A stretch of DNA of 64,000 nt from a virus, in IMG/VR virus record IMGVR_UViG_3300045919_000302, positions 32,001 through 96,000 of that record; one strand, given 5' to 3'. Below are positions 9,669 through 18,795 of this stretch, one piece after another. The notes below the pieces were generated by a model. That model worked only from the letters and a program-made list of their open reading frames with translations. It searched no databases and was not told the DNA's origin. The position numbers and the translations under genes were made by a program. Position 1 is the first letter of the stretch; each line of letters begins with the position of its first letter.

Positions 9669-9713
9669 AGGGCACATGATACCCCGAGATCCGTCCGACC
9701 TGAAGCTGTTTTG

Positions 9714-9929
9714 TCAGCTGGCTCGGTACATCTCTTCCAGGCGATCGGTCCGGCGCTGGCCCAAGCTCTTCCGGAGGAAGATGACAATGTCTCCGACGTA
9801 GCTTTGGTCTGAGTACAGACCGTCCCGGATCATCATCTGGGCCACCTCGCGCAGGTCTGTGGACTCCACCTGCTCCCGATGGGCCTGGATCCAGTTTAGC
9901 TTGGCCTGCGTGGTTGCCTTCCTCACCAT
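9714..9929 (-). CDS. Hypothetical protein
   Basis: C-terminal 71 aa of the track ORF (MVRKATTQ...). Confidence 0.5.
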   Translation of the reverse strand: MVRKATTQAKLNWIQAHREQVESTDLREVAQMMIRDGLYSDQSYVGDIVIFLRKSLGQRRTDRLEEMYRAS

Positions 9930-10045
9930 ACCTGACAAAGGTAGCACGCTTATTAGGGAGGGCAAATAAAATGGCGAAGGACCAGGCTCCCCAGCGCAGT
10001 CCTTCGCCACCTTCTTCGGCCGGTTACAGGCCGGCCTAGAACCAC

Positions 10046-10249
10046 TTACCCCCGAAGCCAATGAAGAACATGACCGCCAACCTGATGGGCGGTGAAGAGA
10101 GACCCAGCGACGACGAAAGCCCCTCCGGCCACCGTTCTGAACCCGTTCAGACGAAAGCACCAAAGCGCTCCGTAAATAACTCCAAGGATGGCGACACTCG
10201 CGGTCATCATCACGCACATTCCAAGGATAATTTGAAGAATAGAAATCAT
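10046..10249 (-). CDS. Small membrane protein
   Basis: Two hydrophobic segments; ATGA overlap with upstream gene. Confidence 0.5.
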   Translation of the reverse strand: MISILQIILGMCVMMTASVAILGVIYGALWCFRLNGFRTVAGGAFVVAGSLFTAHQVGGHVLHWLRG

Positions 10250-10577
10250 TGCCCACCTGTCTTTTCAGTCTGGATCGATTCGCCGATCCTCACGTCCCTG
10301 GGGCTCCTGTGTTCTGCACAGTACTTGTAACCCCAGGCATTTAAAAAATCAGCTCGCTGCGTGCAGCGTTCGTAACGTTTGCCTTGCGCCGTCTGGCATT
10401 CACACCGCATTTCGGATCTGCTTATTTCGGACGCTTCGGAAACAGTCTCGACAGAGTCCATTCGTATCGATGTTAGAACTCTTTCCATTGAGGATAGGCT
10501 TTCCACATTTGCACACGGTGGCGCGGTGGGCTTTGCAACGCCCCCATCGATTAACGGCACGTCTACAGTCTTGACAA

Positions 10578-11873
10578 TCATGGGGCTGAGATTCCATTGA
10601 CCGTCTCCTTGAAGAGATTCTTCCATACCTGGCTCTCTTCCTTCTTCTTGACCAAACAGTAATGCTTGATGGCCTCGTGCAATAACTCGTAGCGACACTG
10701 GAGCAAGTTGCAGTTCACGACGATGTTCCCTTTGTCTGATACTGAGCGCGTCGCGTCCAGGTTGAATTTGGCCACAGTCATCTTGAACTCGAACTTCGGA
10801 TCCACCTTCCACATGACTTCAAACATCCATGCCAGGTTGCCGTCGTCGATGGGGGTCAGGGCCTGAAAGAGAGCGTAGTCCAATTCCACCGTTCGCTTCA
10901 GATCCTCGATGGATCCAAGCTTCTCACGGATGATCCCGGTGTACGAAGAGCTGGAATAGACTGGCGCGTAGCCGTAGCCGCGAACCTGCTGGGCCTCGTG
11001 CTCAGATGTGACCGGGTAACTCTTGGCGGAATTCTCCCTGAAGAACTCCTCGACCACCTTCCCTTTGACGGTGTAGTCGGAAAACTTATCCATGTACTCA
11101 ACGTCTGCGATCCCGTCCTTGAGCATCTTGGTGGCGTCGTAGAGCTTGCCCTTCTCGTTGGCCGAGAGGTAGGCCCAGAGCTTGGACGTGTTCCACCTCA
11201 GGTCAAACGAGCTGACCATATCTCGATCCCGGTTCAAGGTGAGTACAGACGGCGGGAAGTCGTAGCCGTACTCCAGCTCCTTGTCTTCGCAAACGTAGAT
11301 CCCGCCGCAGTAGATCCGGCCCTTGTACTTCTTTTCCAGGAGGACGGTTCCATCAGGGGTCTTCCGGATCGATCCAGGCGGGGGCGTGTTGATCGTGAGG
11401 AACAAGTCCCCCATCTCGTGCCACTCCTCGGGAGAGATGTTACCCACCTCAAAGAGAAGTTTGTTGCCGGACTTGGGCGCGTTCTTCACTATTTTGAAAG
11501 TGAGAACCTCGGTCCCGAAGTCGGGGCTCTTCTTGATCAACGCTTCCCAGCGCTCGTGGGTATCCCCGTTGTAAACGGTCACGGACTTGTCAGCTCGAAC
11601 GAGGGCGAGCGATCCGATTTTTGCGCCCTCTCCATGCTTCCCTCTCTGACTAGGATCATCTGTCTTGGTTGTGGATCCGAGCAACAAGCTGGATCGCTCC
11701 AGATGTACACCCCGGTTGAAGATCAGCAACTGCCTCTTACTGCGGAGATAAGTGACTCCCATCGGAAAGCCCTTGTCCTGGGCGTCCATGGCATTTTGAA
11801 TCAACTCGCGAATACCCTGCTTCATGCCCCAGTTGTTAATGTAGTTTTTAGCAATAGTCGTATAGATCAACAT
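10578..11873 (-). CDS. GHKL (Hsp90/MORC/rIIA-like) ATPase domain protein
   Basis: RELIQNAMDA, GSTTK...GKHGEGAKIG motifs. Confidence 0.8.
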   Translation of the reverse strand: MLIYTTIAKNYINNWGMKQGIRELIQNAMDAQDKGFPMGVTYLRSKRQLLIFNRGVHLERSSLLLGSTTKTDDPSQRGKHGEGAKIGSLALVRADKSVTVYNGDTHERWEALIKKSPDFGTEVLTFKIVKNAPKSGNKLLFEVGNISPEEWHEMGDLFLTINTPPPGSIRKTPDGTVLLEKKYKGRIYCGGIYVCEDKELEYGYDFPPSVLTLNRDRDMVSSFDLRWNTSKLWAYLSANEKGKLYDATKMLKDGIADVEYMDKFSDYTVKGKVVEEFFRENSAKSYPVTSEHEAQQVRGYGYAPVYSSSSYTGIIREKLGSIEDLKRTVELDYALFQALTPIDDGNLAWMFEVMWKVDPKFEFKMTVAKFNLDATRSVSDKGNIVVNCNLLQCRYELLHEAIKHYCLVKKKEESQVWKNLFKETVNGISAP

Positions 11874-12352
11874 TCTTGTCTCTCGGGTCTCGGGATGTGC
11901 TTCCAGGATTTCCCATTGATGATGTTCATGACCGTCTGCTGGCACACGCCAAACACTTTCCCTATTTTTAAAGAGGAGTGGCCATTAGCGTATAGCCTTA
12001 ATATTTCTGGAATCTGATCCTGTTTGAGGACGTTAGTGTTTCCACTTTCCCCACAAAAATGATTCCCTCTACCCTTTCTGACCTTGTCCTGCATATTGTC
12101 CTTAGCGGTGCCGATGAACAGATGCTCTGGGTTGACGCACATCCTGTTATCGCATTGATGCAAGACCTGGAGGGTAGAGCGAAGATCAAAACCAAGATAT
12201 TTTGAGGCAGAGTATCGACTCGCAGTGACCATCTTTCCGTCTACCTTGAGTCTCCCGTAACCGTCATTCCGTGGCTTCTTTTTCCAAACCCAACAGCCAG
12301 TAGCCTGGTCTGTCTCGTAGGATGCCTGAAACCTTACCCAGTCGGTCATCAA
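11867..12352 (-). CDS. HNH endonuclease with C-terminal HTH
   Basis: CWVW...GYG...VLHQCDNRMCVNPEHL...DNMQD. Confidence 0.9.
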   Translation of the reverse strand: MMTDWVRFQASYETDQATGCWVWKKKPRNDGYGRLKVDGKMVTASRYSASKYLGFDLRSTLQVLHQCDNRMCVNPEHLFIGTAKDNMQDKVRKGRGNHFCGESGNTNVLKQDQIPEILRLYANGHSSLKIGKVFGVCQQTVMNIINGKSWKHIPRPERQEC

Positions 12353-13044
12353 TAGCTCCGGTGAGGGTAGTAGGCCAGATCTTCAGATTCGCGCTTATCC
12401 ACCTCGACCTTGGTTCCCCAGACCATAATCTGGAAGAGAAGTGAATCGAATGCACCCATGTGCTGCTTGTCGGCGCGGATCGCCTTCATCTTGTTGTAGA
12501 TGTCCTTCTCGTGGGCCGAAGTCAGGAGGCCGTCCTTATCGACTACCAACCGAAGAGCGCACTGATGCTCCATCTTGTCGCCTTCCGAATCGATATAGAT
12601 GAAGAAAAGGTAGGAGCTGCTGTCATCGATATGGACTGACATCTTCTCAATGTCGTTTTCACGAGCGCTCTCTTCGTGCTGCTCGCGGTACAGCTTGACG
12701 ATCTCAGAGAGTTTGTATTTCTCCTTCGGCTTCTGGAACATCTCGTCGAGCATCGACTCCAGATGCTTCTTTGCTCCCTTGAGGTAGACGTCGTCCAGGC
12801 GGGCCTTGATCTCCTGGAGAATGATGCTGTTGTATTGCTCAAGAGAAAGCCTATCCAGCTTCGAGCAAAGGTCATCGTTGATCTTCTTCTGAAGTGCCTT
12901 CGAGAAGTCCCCGTAAGACCGCAGAGCATCGCTCAGCGTTTCTTTGATGAACTTGTCCACGTTCTGTTCGACCAGAGTCTGGATGGCCCCACTTTCGACT
13001 CGCTGAGTAAACGTCTGAACAATTGCATCCTGTAACTCTTTCAT
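12349..13044 (-). CDS. Hypothetical phage protein
   Basis: 231-aa ORF in minus-strand operon with overlapping stop/start. Confidence 0.65.
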   Translation of the reverse strand: MKELQDAIVQTFTQRVESGAIQTLVEQNVDKFIKETLSDALRSYGDFSKALQKKINDDLCSKLDRLSLEQYNSIILQEIKARLDDVYLKGAKKHLESMLDEMFQKPKEKYKLSEIVKLYREQHEESARENDIEKMSVHIDDSSSYLFFIYIDSEGDKMEHQCALRLVVDKDGLLTSAHEKDIYNKMKAIRADKQHMGAFDSLLFQIMVWGTKVEVDKRESEDLAYYPHRSY

Positions 13045-13228
13045 CTTCTCACTCCTCTGCTACGAATGAGTCTTGTAGGGACTCCATTTCTAAACTTTTA
13101 CAAAACTCTTCCTTCAGGACTTCCAGGGCGACTGGCGCATGGTCGTCATCAGCCTGCATCATCTCAACGATCTCAATAAGTCGAGTAACGGTGCCCTGGA
13201 GGATCTCTATTCGTCGCTGGTGGTCCAC

Positions 13229-13813
13229 TCAGTAATCCTCCTCAAACATGTCGTCTTCATGGATGATCCCCATGTTTGGAACTTCCTGAAATGTACCAAT
13301 GAACGGAGAGTCTGATTCCATGTTGCCCATGAAGTCTACGTGAAACCCGTCCTCGCGAAGATCCCTCTCGCGCTGGGTCTCTGGCCGCTTCTTGGGTGAT
13401 GGCAAACGATTCGTGTCCTCGATCAGCCGGGGCGACTTCACGATCTGTTCCAGGATCTCTCGATAGGGCTGAAGGTACCGCTGTGGCAAGTCTCCGCGTC
13501 TCTCGATCTCGCGTACAAACATTCCCACCGTGCTGGCCAGGGGTTTCGGATCTACGCGGATGTCGGCGAAGTATCCTTCGGTGGTGGAGTACCTCTTCGT
13601 AAACCAGATGGGTCGCGCACCGTAGATCTCAGCCAGATGGTTGAAGATCATCTTCATCGAGTTGAAGACGTGAGAGGTTTCCATGTCCGCGAGCTTGTAG
13701 ACTCGTCCGTCCATCGCTCGCCATCTGAACTGCTTCTCGACCCGAGTGGTCACGGACTCCCCCATTGGATGAATCAGTGGTGGACCCGCGCACGCAGGCG
13801 AATCCACCACCAA
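13229..13813 (-). CDS. Hypothetical protein (start uncertain)
   Basis: W...DGRVYKLADMETSHVFN motif seen in phage proteins. Confidence 0.55.
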   Translation of the reverse strand: MVVDSPACAGPPLIHPMGESVTTRVEKQFRWRAMDGRVYKLADMETSHVFNSMKMIFNHLAEIYGARPIWFTKRYSTTEGYFADIRVDPKPLASTVGMFVREIERRGDLPQRYLQPYREILEQIVKSPRLIEDTNRLPSPKKRPETQRERDLREDGFHVDFMGNMESDSPFIGTFQEVPNMGIIHEDDMFEEDY

Positions 13814-13864
13814 CGGAGGAAGGGCGATTGGCGTGCCCTTCCAAGATTGTTCGATGGGTTTGTC

Positions 13865-14233
13865 CTACAATCTGTCCTGAACTTTGGGAAGAATGTTTTT
13901 CGTCGTCCAGCGGTTTTCTTGGACGCGCTTCCAATGAAGCAAGAGCGTAATGATATCCTTAACGTAGCGATCGATCCTTACGGGATCTGGATCCTTGGCC
14001 TTGCTGATTTCTCGACACGCCATGTCTAAGTCCACAAGTTTGCTCATGTCGCAGATCAGATAGCCGGGTCGATCCCAGGGTTGATTCAGCTCGTCGATCA
14101 ACTGGAAGATGTCGTGGCAGTGGAGGAAGAGTCTCATCGTCCCAACGCTCCGGCTCTGCTTGGCCAGCGCAAAAGACTGGGCTCGTAAATGAAAGACGAA
14201 CTTACGAACGTCAAAGAGTGAGTGGACACTCAT
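13865..14233 (-). CDS. Hypothetical protein
   Basis: ORF preceded by TGGACT-17-AACAAT-6-ATG. Confidence 0.5.
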   Translation of the reverse strand: MSVHSLFDVRKFVFHLRAQSFALAKQSRSVGTMRLFLHCHDIFQLIDELNQPWDRPGYLICDMSKLVDLDMACREISKAKDPDPVRIDRYVKDIITLLLHWKRVQENRWTTKNILPKVQDRL

Positions 14234-14333
14234 CGCTCAATTGTTACACTTAGACTATGGAGAGTCCAGATCCGTTCCTTTTCCTGGCTATCCTTATCGC
14301 AATCGCGGCTCTCTGTATCCCGGAGGGTGAAGA

Positions 14334-14603
14334 ATGATCGGGCCTCTGCTCGTTTTCATTCTTGTGCTTGCCGCGTGCAGTGGCGATCAACTCGACAACC
14401 ATCTAACTCCGCTGCCCGAGCCCGAAGAGTCCACAACAGCTTACGACCAGCCACAGGACATCTATCGCGACGTAGACATGGACGGAGCGCTTCACTTCGT
14501 CGGGCACTGGGAGAAAACAAGAAAGGGCTTTCACTTCGTCATGGATCGGAAGTGGCGTGAAGGTCAGGATCTACCGGAACAACCAGACACGGTCGCACAG
14601 TAG
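14334..14603 (+). CDS. Putative lipoprotein
   Basis: Hydrophobic signal and lipobox LAAC; GGAGG RBS. Confidence 0.6.
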   Translation: MIGPLLVFILVLAACSGDQLDNHLTPLPEPEESTTAYDQPQDIYRDVDMDGALHFVGHWEKTRKGFHFVMDRKWREGQDLPEQPDTVAQ

Positions 14604-14913
14604 ATAGTCCGGTCCGGCATCTCTACATGACTTCCTGCCAACGAGATACTGAGGCGTGGCGCACGAACCCAGAACGACGAGACCGGCAAAGACTGCTGTG
14701 GCAATCGCAGCTCGAACTAGCCATGGCATCTTCACGACTCATCCTTGAGGACGTCAATCAAGGTTCTAATTTTGATACTACATGAAACCAGGAGATAGGC
14801 CGGCCAGAGAAACAATAAGCCGAGGAGAGGGCTGGCGTCCTCGTCCGCAGAGAGGTCTTTCCAGTGATACCCGATGACGATCAGTCCAATAAGAAAGTAA
14901 ACGCCGCCTAACA

Positions 14914-15204
14914 TCACACCCTCCTCAATCCCATTTGCTGGAGATCTTGATCGCTCAAAATTGCCACGTCCACTCCCTTACCAAGAAAAACCGAACCAGA
15001 AGCGCCCAACTCCTTCAGTCTCTGGCCGTACATATAGAGCTGCTCAACGGACAGACTTCCCGGATCGACGTAGATGAAGAGGGTCTTTCCCCTGAGATCC
15101 ACGCCATGGAACAGGGGATAGAGCTTGTCGGCCACTCCGCTGTGATCCGCGTCTGCGAGCTGCACGGCCGAGATGAATGCCCTGTCAAAGTCTGCCCGGT
15201 TCAT
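14914..15204 (-). CDS. Hypothetical protein
   Basis: ORF translationally coupled to neighbours. Confidence 0.55.
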   Translation of the reverse strand: MNRADFDRAFISAVQLADADHSGVADKLYPLFHGVDLRGKTLFIYVDPGSLSVEQLYMYGQRLKELGASGSVFLGKGVDVAILSDQDLQQMGLRRV

Positions 15205-16070
15205 CCGGCACCCCTCACGACGTCTTGAGCATTCCTTACGGCTGCCGTGAGACTGGCACCCGTAGACAACGCCCAGGTGAGCGCGGCGCTAATGATGTCC
15301 CTGGCTCCGAGAGGACTGCCACCTTGAGTTGGGGACTCATAGATGACGGGTTCTCCGTCAACCCCATGTAACGTGAGTGTGCTGTCGCCGCACTCCAGAA
15401 TGTAACAGACACCATGCCTGGCTCTAAAACTCTCAACATCGTGGGCCCCGGTTCTGATACGCATGTCTTCCAGGTCCTCAGAGTTCAAACGTAAGATCCC
15501 CGCACCCCGGTAGAGGAGGGGATTCCTCCTGGAGCAGCCATCAACGACAACGGGGACGTTCTGATCCAGTCCGTACTGAATCAATGTCTGAGCCACGCGC
15601 TCACAGATGAGCCCCTTGTCGTAGTCAGAGACCAGGATCGCGTGAGGCTTCCATGACAGCTCGCGCATGAGCCCCTCAGTAAAGCTGATCGAGACCTGCG
15701 GCTCGTAGGGGGTCGTGTCTTCTTCGTCCACCCGGAACGCCAGCTTGCCGCGAACATAGTACCGGTTCTTGACCGTAGTTCTTTTGGATTGAGTCCCCAC
15801 CCAGCGATCCCCAACGCCGGCCGAATCGAGGGTGCTTCGAAGATCTATCCCGTCTTGGTCGTCCCCGATAATCGAGCAGAGCCTCGCCTCGGCCATAGAA
15901 AGCTTTCTGGCAGCGTTGGCGGCCATGCCTGGGCGGGTTTGCGTGGCCTGTGGAATGAATACTGGGACCGGGGCCTCTCCACAAAGACGTCGAGCTTCTC
16001 CATTGAAGTCACGATCCAGACATACATCTCCGACGACGAGAATTCTCTTAGGACTAGGTTGCCTAGCCAT
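15201..16070 (-). CDS. HldE/RfaE-like PfkB-family sugar kinase (heptose-7-phosphate kinase domain)
   Basis: ILVVGDVCLD...RLCGEAPVPV, GMAANAA, TTVKNR, LVSDYDKG; C-terminal motif is GARD. Confidence 0.8.
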   Translation of the reverse strand: MARQPSPKRILVVGDVCLDRDFNGEARRLCGEAPVPVFIPQATQTRPGMAANAARKLSMAEARLCSIIGDDQDGIDLRSTLDSAGVGDRWVGTQSKRTTVKNRYYVRGKLAFRVDEEDTTPYEPQVSISFTEGLMRELSWKPHAILVSDYDKGLICERVAQTLIQYGLDQNVPVVVDGCSRRNPLLYRGAGILRLNSEDLEDMRIRTGAHDVESFRARHGVCYILECGDSTLTLHGVDGEPVIYESPTQGGSPLGARDIISAALTWALSTGASLTAAVRNAQDVVRGAG

Positions 16071-16371
16071 TGAGCACCTTCTTGTCTTTCTTCAGTGCAA
16101 CCACAGCTTCGCGAAGCTCAATCAGGATTTTGTTCTGCACCTGGATGTAGCTCTCGACCACTTGAGTGTGAAGATGGTTGTGATCCCGAACCTTCTCGAA
16201 CTCTTTGCGGGTATTCTCGGCAAGCCTTGCCTGCTCCGCGATCCAGCGATCGATCTGCATCTGGATCTCCTGGACCTCTTTATTGAGGGAATCTTCCGCG
16301 ACCACCAGTCGCGCCCGAACTTCGGCCTCGACCATCTTCTTGATCATCTTTTCAATTCTGTTTTTAAACAT
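16063..16371 (-). CDS. Coiled-coil hypothetical protein
   Basis: Heptad-rich ORF with GGAGG RBS. Confidence 0.55.
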   Translation of the reverse strand: MFKNRIEKMIKKMVEAEVRARLVVAEDSLNKEVQEIQMQIDRWIAEQARLAENTRKEFEKVRDHNHLHTQVVESYIQVQNKILIELREAVVALKKDKKVLNG

Positions 16372-16590
16372 TGCCTTCCTCCACGTACCAGTAACTGGTG
16401 ATTTCTCTTTCTTCGGTCTCCATCAGCTCGTCATCGGTAAGCTGGAAGTCCTTCGCCGATCTGACCACCAGAGCCCCGTAGCGGATCCGGTCCACCTCGA
16501 ACAGGTGGCCTTTCAGCATCACCACGAGGCGGTGGCCGCTGGGCCTCTTCGCGAGAAGACCCTGGATGTAACTGATTGAAACCTCTTTGC

Positions 16591-16782
16591 TCATTTCTTA
16601 AGCCTGCGAATCTCAACTTCCTTTGGGGCCGAGATCCTGAGTCTTGCCGCACGCCCGATGCCGGGTCCGCCCACCTGAACAACAAGAACGACAGCGTCGC
16701 CCACTCGGAAGGACATCCCCTCCTTCAAGGTGATAACTACGTTTCCAATTTTTTCTTTAGACTCTTCTTGTTTCTCCATCAC
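16591..16782 (-). CDS. csrA: CsrA/RsmA-like RNA-binding translational regulator
   Basis: VVITLKEGMSFRVGDAVVLVV...RLRISAPKEVEIRR matches CsrA (LxxKxGExxxIGD...RIGIxAPKEVxIxR). Confidence 0.75.
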   Translation of the reverse strand: MMEKQEESKEKIGNVVITLKEGMSFRVGDAVVLVVQVGGPGIGRAARLRISAPKEVEIRRLKK

Positions 16783-16794
16783 TCTCTCCTTGAG

Positions 16795-17127
16795 CTACAG
16801 CTCATTCAAACCTAACTCTTCAACCACGAGCTTCATGAATTCTACCGGCGCAAGTCTCCGCTGATTGGTGATCGGATGCTCCGAAAGAATTCTGGCGACA
16901 GCCATCAGATCCGCTTCGGTTACTTCGATCTTCTTTGGCTGGGCCACCCAATCAGTGGCGATGATCTGCTCGGCGTAGAAGTGAATGTCGTCCGCAAGTT
17001 TGGTCCTAAGGTTGTTCACGATCTTGTGACCGCGCACCTGCTTGCCGCTGAGGAAGTAAATTAAGTGGGGCTCGCTCGTGCGCCAAAATTCTCGGCCCGT
17101 CCTTGCGACCTCGCTCAGTTGGCTCAC
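16795..17127 (-). CDS. Hypothetical protein
   Basis: ORF in operon. Confidence 0.5.
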   Translation of the reverse strand: MSQLSEVARTGREFWRTSEPHLIYFLSGKQVRGHKIVNNLRTKLADDIHFYAEQIIATDWVAQPKKIEVTEADLMAVARILSEHPITNQRRLAPVEFMKLVVEELGLNEL

Positions 17128-17363
17128 GCGAACGCTACCGCCGGCTCGGCCACCAGCTTGTACCCGTTCGAGCGCTCGCGGAATCGGAGCAACTTAATAC
17201 GAAGATCCTTCCCAGTCTGACTTCTTACGACGGCGTAACCGTGGTCTTCTCTTACGAGAAGAACAGTGACTTTGCGACCCCCCGCTCGTTTGTCGCAGTC
17301 CTCCCAGATCTGTCCGGGTTTAACGCTGAACGGATTCGGGCCTTCCGGCTTCTTTCGCGGCAT
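17124..17363 (-). CDS. Small SH3-like hypothetical protein
   Basis: VKPGQIWEDCDKR...GYKLV. Confidence 0.55.
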   Translation of the reverse strand: MPRKKPEGPNPFSVKPGQIWEDCDKRAGGRKVTVLLVREDHGYAVVRSQTGKDLRIKLLRFRERSNGYKLVAEPAVAFA

Positions 17364-17609
17364 CGATGACCTCCATAATGTCTACTTGGTTTTTCAGATC
17401 AGAGGCGTGCGTGAATTTGAACTTGGTCTGCTGCTCAGGACTGATGAGCTTGCGGAACTCTCGGTTTTCACGCCGAAGGAATTCCACTTCACCCGTCAGC
17501 TCTTGGATACGAGACTCAAGCCGTGCGATCTTACGACGAGACACATTCACCTCCATGGGATTGCATTTCGTACAGACTCTATCGAGACATTATGTTGGTC
17601 AAGGCAAAA

Positions 17610-17686
17610 TGGTGGGGAGCACCGATTTGAACGGCACATCTCCGGCGCAAAGCATCAGAGCGCTCTACCTGTTAAGCTAACTCCCC
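17610..17686 (-). tRNA. Atypical tRNA or tRNA-like RNA (enlarged anticodon arm, central TTT = Lys-like)
   Basis: GGGGAGT/GCTCCCC acceptor + A-CCA, D arm GCTTAACAGGTAGAGC, TTCAAAT T loop; anticodon arm CTCTG-ATGCTTTGCGC-CGGAG. Confidence 0.65.
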
Positions 17687-17853
17687 GGAGAAAAAGCTCC
17701 GCCCGAGTAGGTCCAGCCAATCTGTGGTTCCGGGTCCAGTGTATCAATTCGTACGAGATCGTCGTATCCGGCAAGAAAGAGAGGGGCGAGGGCCGGGTCG
17801 TCTAGGACGATTACATTTTCGACAACACCGCTGATGATCTGTGCGAATCTCAT
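17677..17853 (-). CDS. Small tail-fibre-associated protein (58 aa, not in ORF track)
   Basis: MRFAQIISGVVENVIV...PQIGWTYSGGAFSPGS; typical companion of Gly-rich fibre genes. Confidence 0.6.
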   Translation of the reverse strand: MRFAQIISGVVENVIVLDDPALAPLFLAGYDDLVRIDTLDPEPQIGWTYSGGAFSPGS

Positions 17854-17854
17854 A

Positions 17855-18793
17855 CTATTCCATCCACTCGATCACGAGAATACCGTTCGATCCGGCCGCG
17901 CCAGAAGAAGCTCCTCCAGCGGTATTTACTCCGGCCGCAGTACCACCCGCGCCACCACCGCCGCCGCCGCCACCGCCGCCGCCGCGCCCCATGGTACCAG
18001 CCGTACCGGAAAGGCTTCCGGAGGCGGCTCCACCCAAAGAGTTCGCCGCATTACCGCCGCGACCACCACTGCCGCCGCTCGGGGCAGCAAGACCAAGAAA
18101 CGGGTAATCAGACCCGAGGCCACCGATACCACCTCCGCCGCCGCCTCCGCCGCCGCCGCGACCTGTGGACGGTGTCCCACCATTACCCAGAACTCCTGCC
18201 GTAGGTGCAGTGACTGGGGGGTGAAAAAATCCAGACGTGAGACCTGAACCGTTACCGCCGATAAGTCCTACCTGAGCGGGGTTGCCGCCATTACCGCCGT
18301 TCCCACCGTTTGTGCCGCCGGTCGATCCGCTGCCGTAAGACTTCGTCGATCCCACGCCTCCGGTAGTCGATCCGTTACCGTGAGTTGCTCCGGCTGCGCT
18401 TGCTCCGGACCCGCCCGCCGAACCACCAAAACCAGAGGTCACCGCCGCACGGAAAGATACGAGAGTATCGAACGATGTTGTCCCACCATTTCCGCCTGCG
18501 GCATCATGAATGCCGCCAGACCCACCCGCACCAATTGTAATCGTATAGGTCTGGCCGGGGACAACTTTCACTTTGGCGTGCATCATAGACGCACCACCAC
18601 CTCCACCGCCACCATGGCCACCGCCACCGCCGGCAGCATTGGTGGTGCCGTTGACGCCATTTCCGGCCGAGCCTCCGCCGCCACCGCCGCCTGCGCCCGG
18701 TCTGCCATAGATGGTGACATCCGTTGCCCCGGCTGGAGCAACCCAACTCCCGCTCGTGGTGAAGACGTTTCTAACGACACGAGACCTTGACAT
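17855..18793 (-). CDS. Glycine-rich virion fibre protein (paralog A)
   Basis: FTTSGSWVAPAG...GAGGGGG...VVPGQTYTITIGAGG...GILVIEW. Confidence 0.75.
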   Translation of the reverse strand: MSRSRVVRNVFTTSGSWVAPAGATDVTIYGRPGAGGGGGGGSAGNGVNGTTNAAGGGGGHGGGGGGGASMMHAKVKVVPGQTYTITIGAGGSGGIHDAAGGNGGTTSFDTLVSFRAAVTSGFGGSAGGSGASAAGATHGNGSTTGGVGSTKSYGSGSTGGTNGGNGGNGGNPAQVGLIGGNGSGLTSGFFHPPVTAPTAGVLGNGGTPSTGRGGGGGGGGGGIGGLGSDYPFLGLAAPSGGSGGRGGNAANSLGGAASGSLSGTAGTMGRGGGGGGGGGGGAGGTAAGVNTAGGASSGAAGSNGILVIEWME

Positions 18794-18795
18794 AC

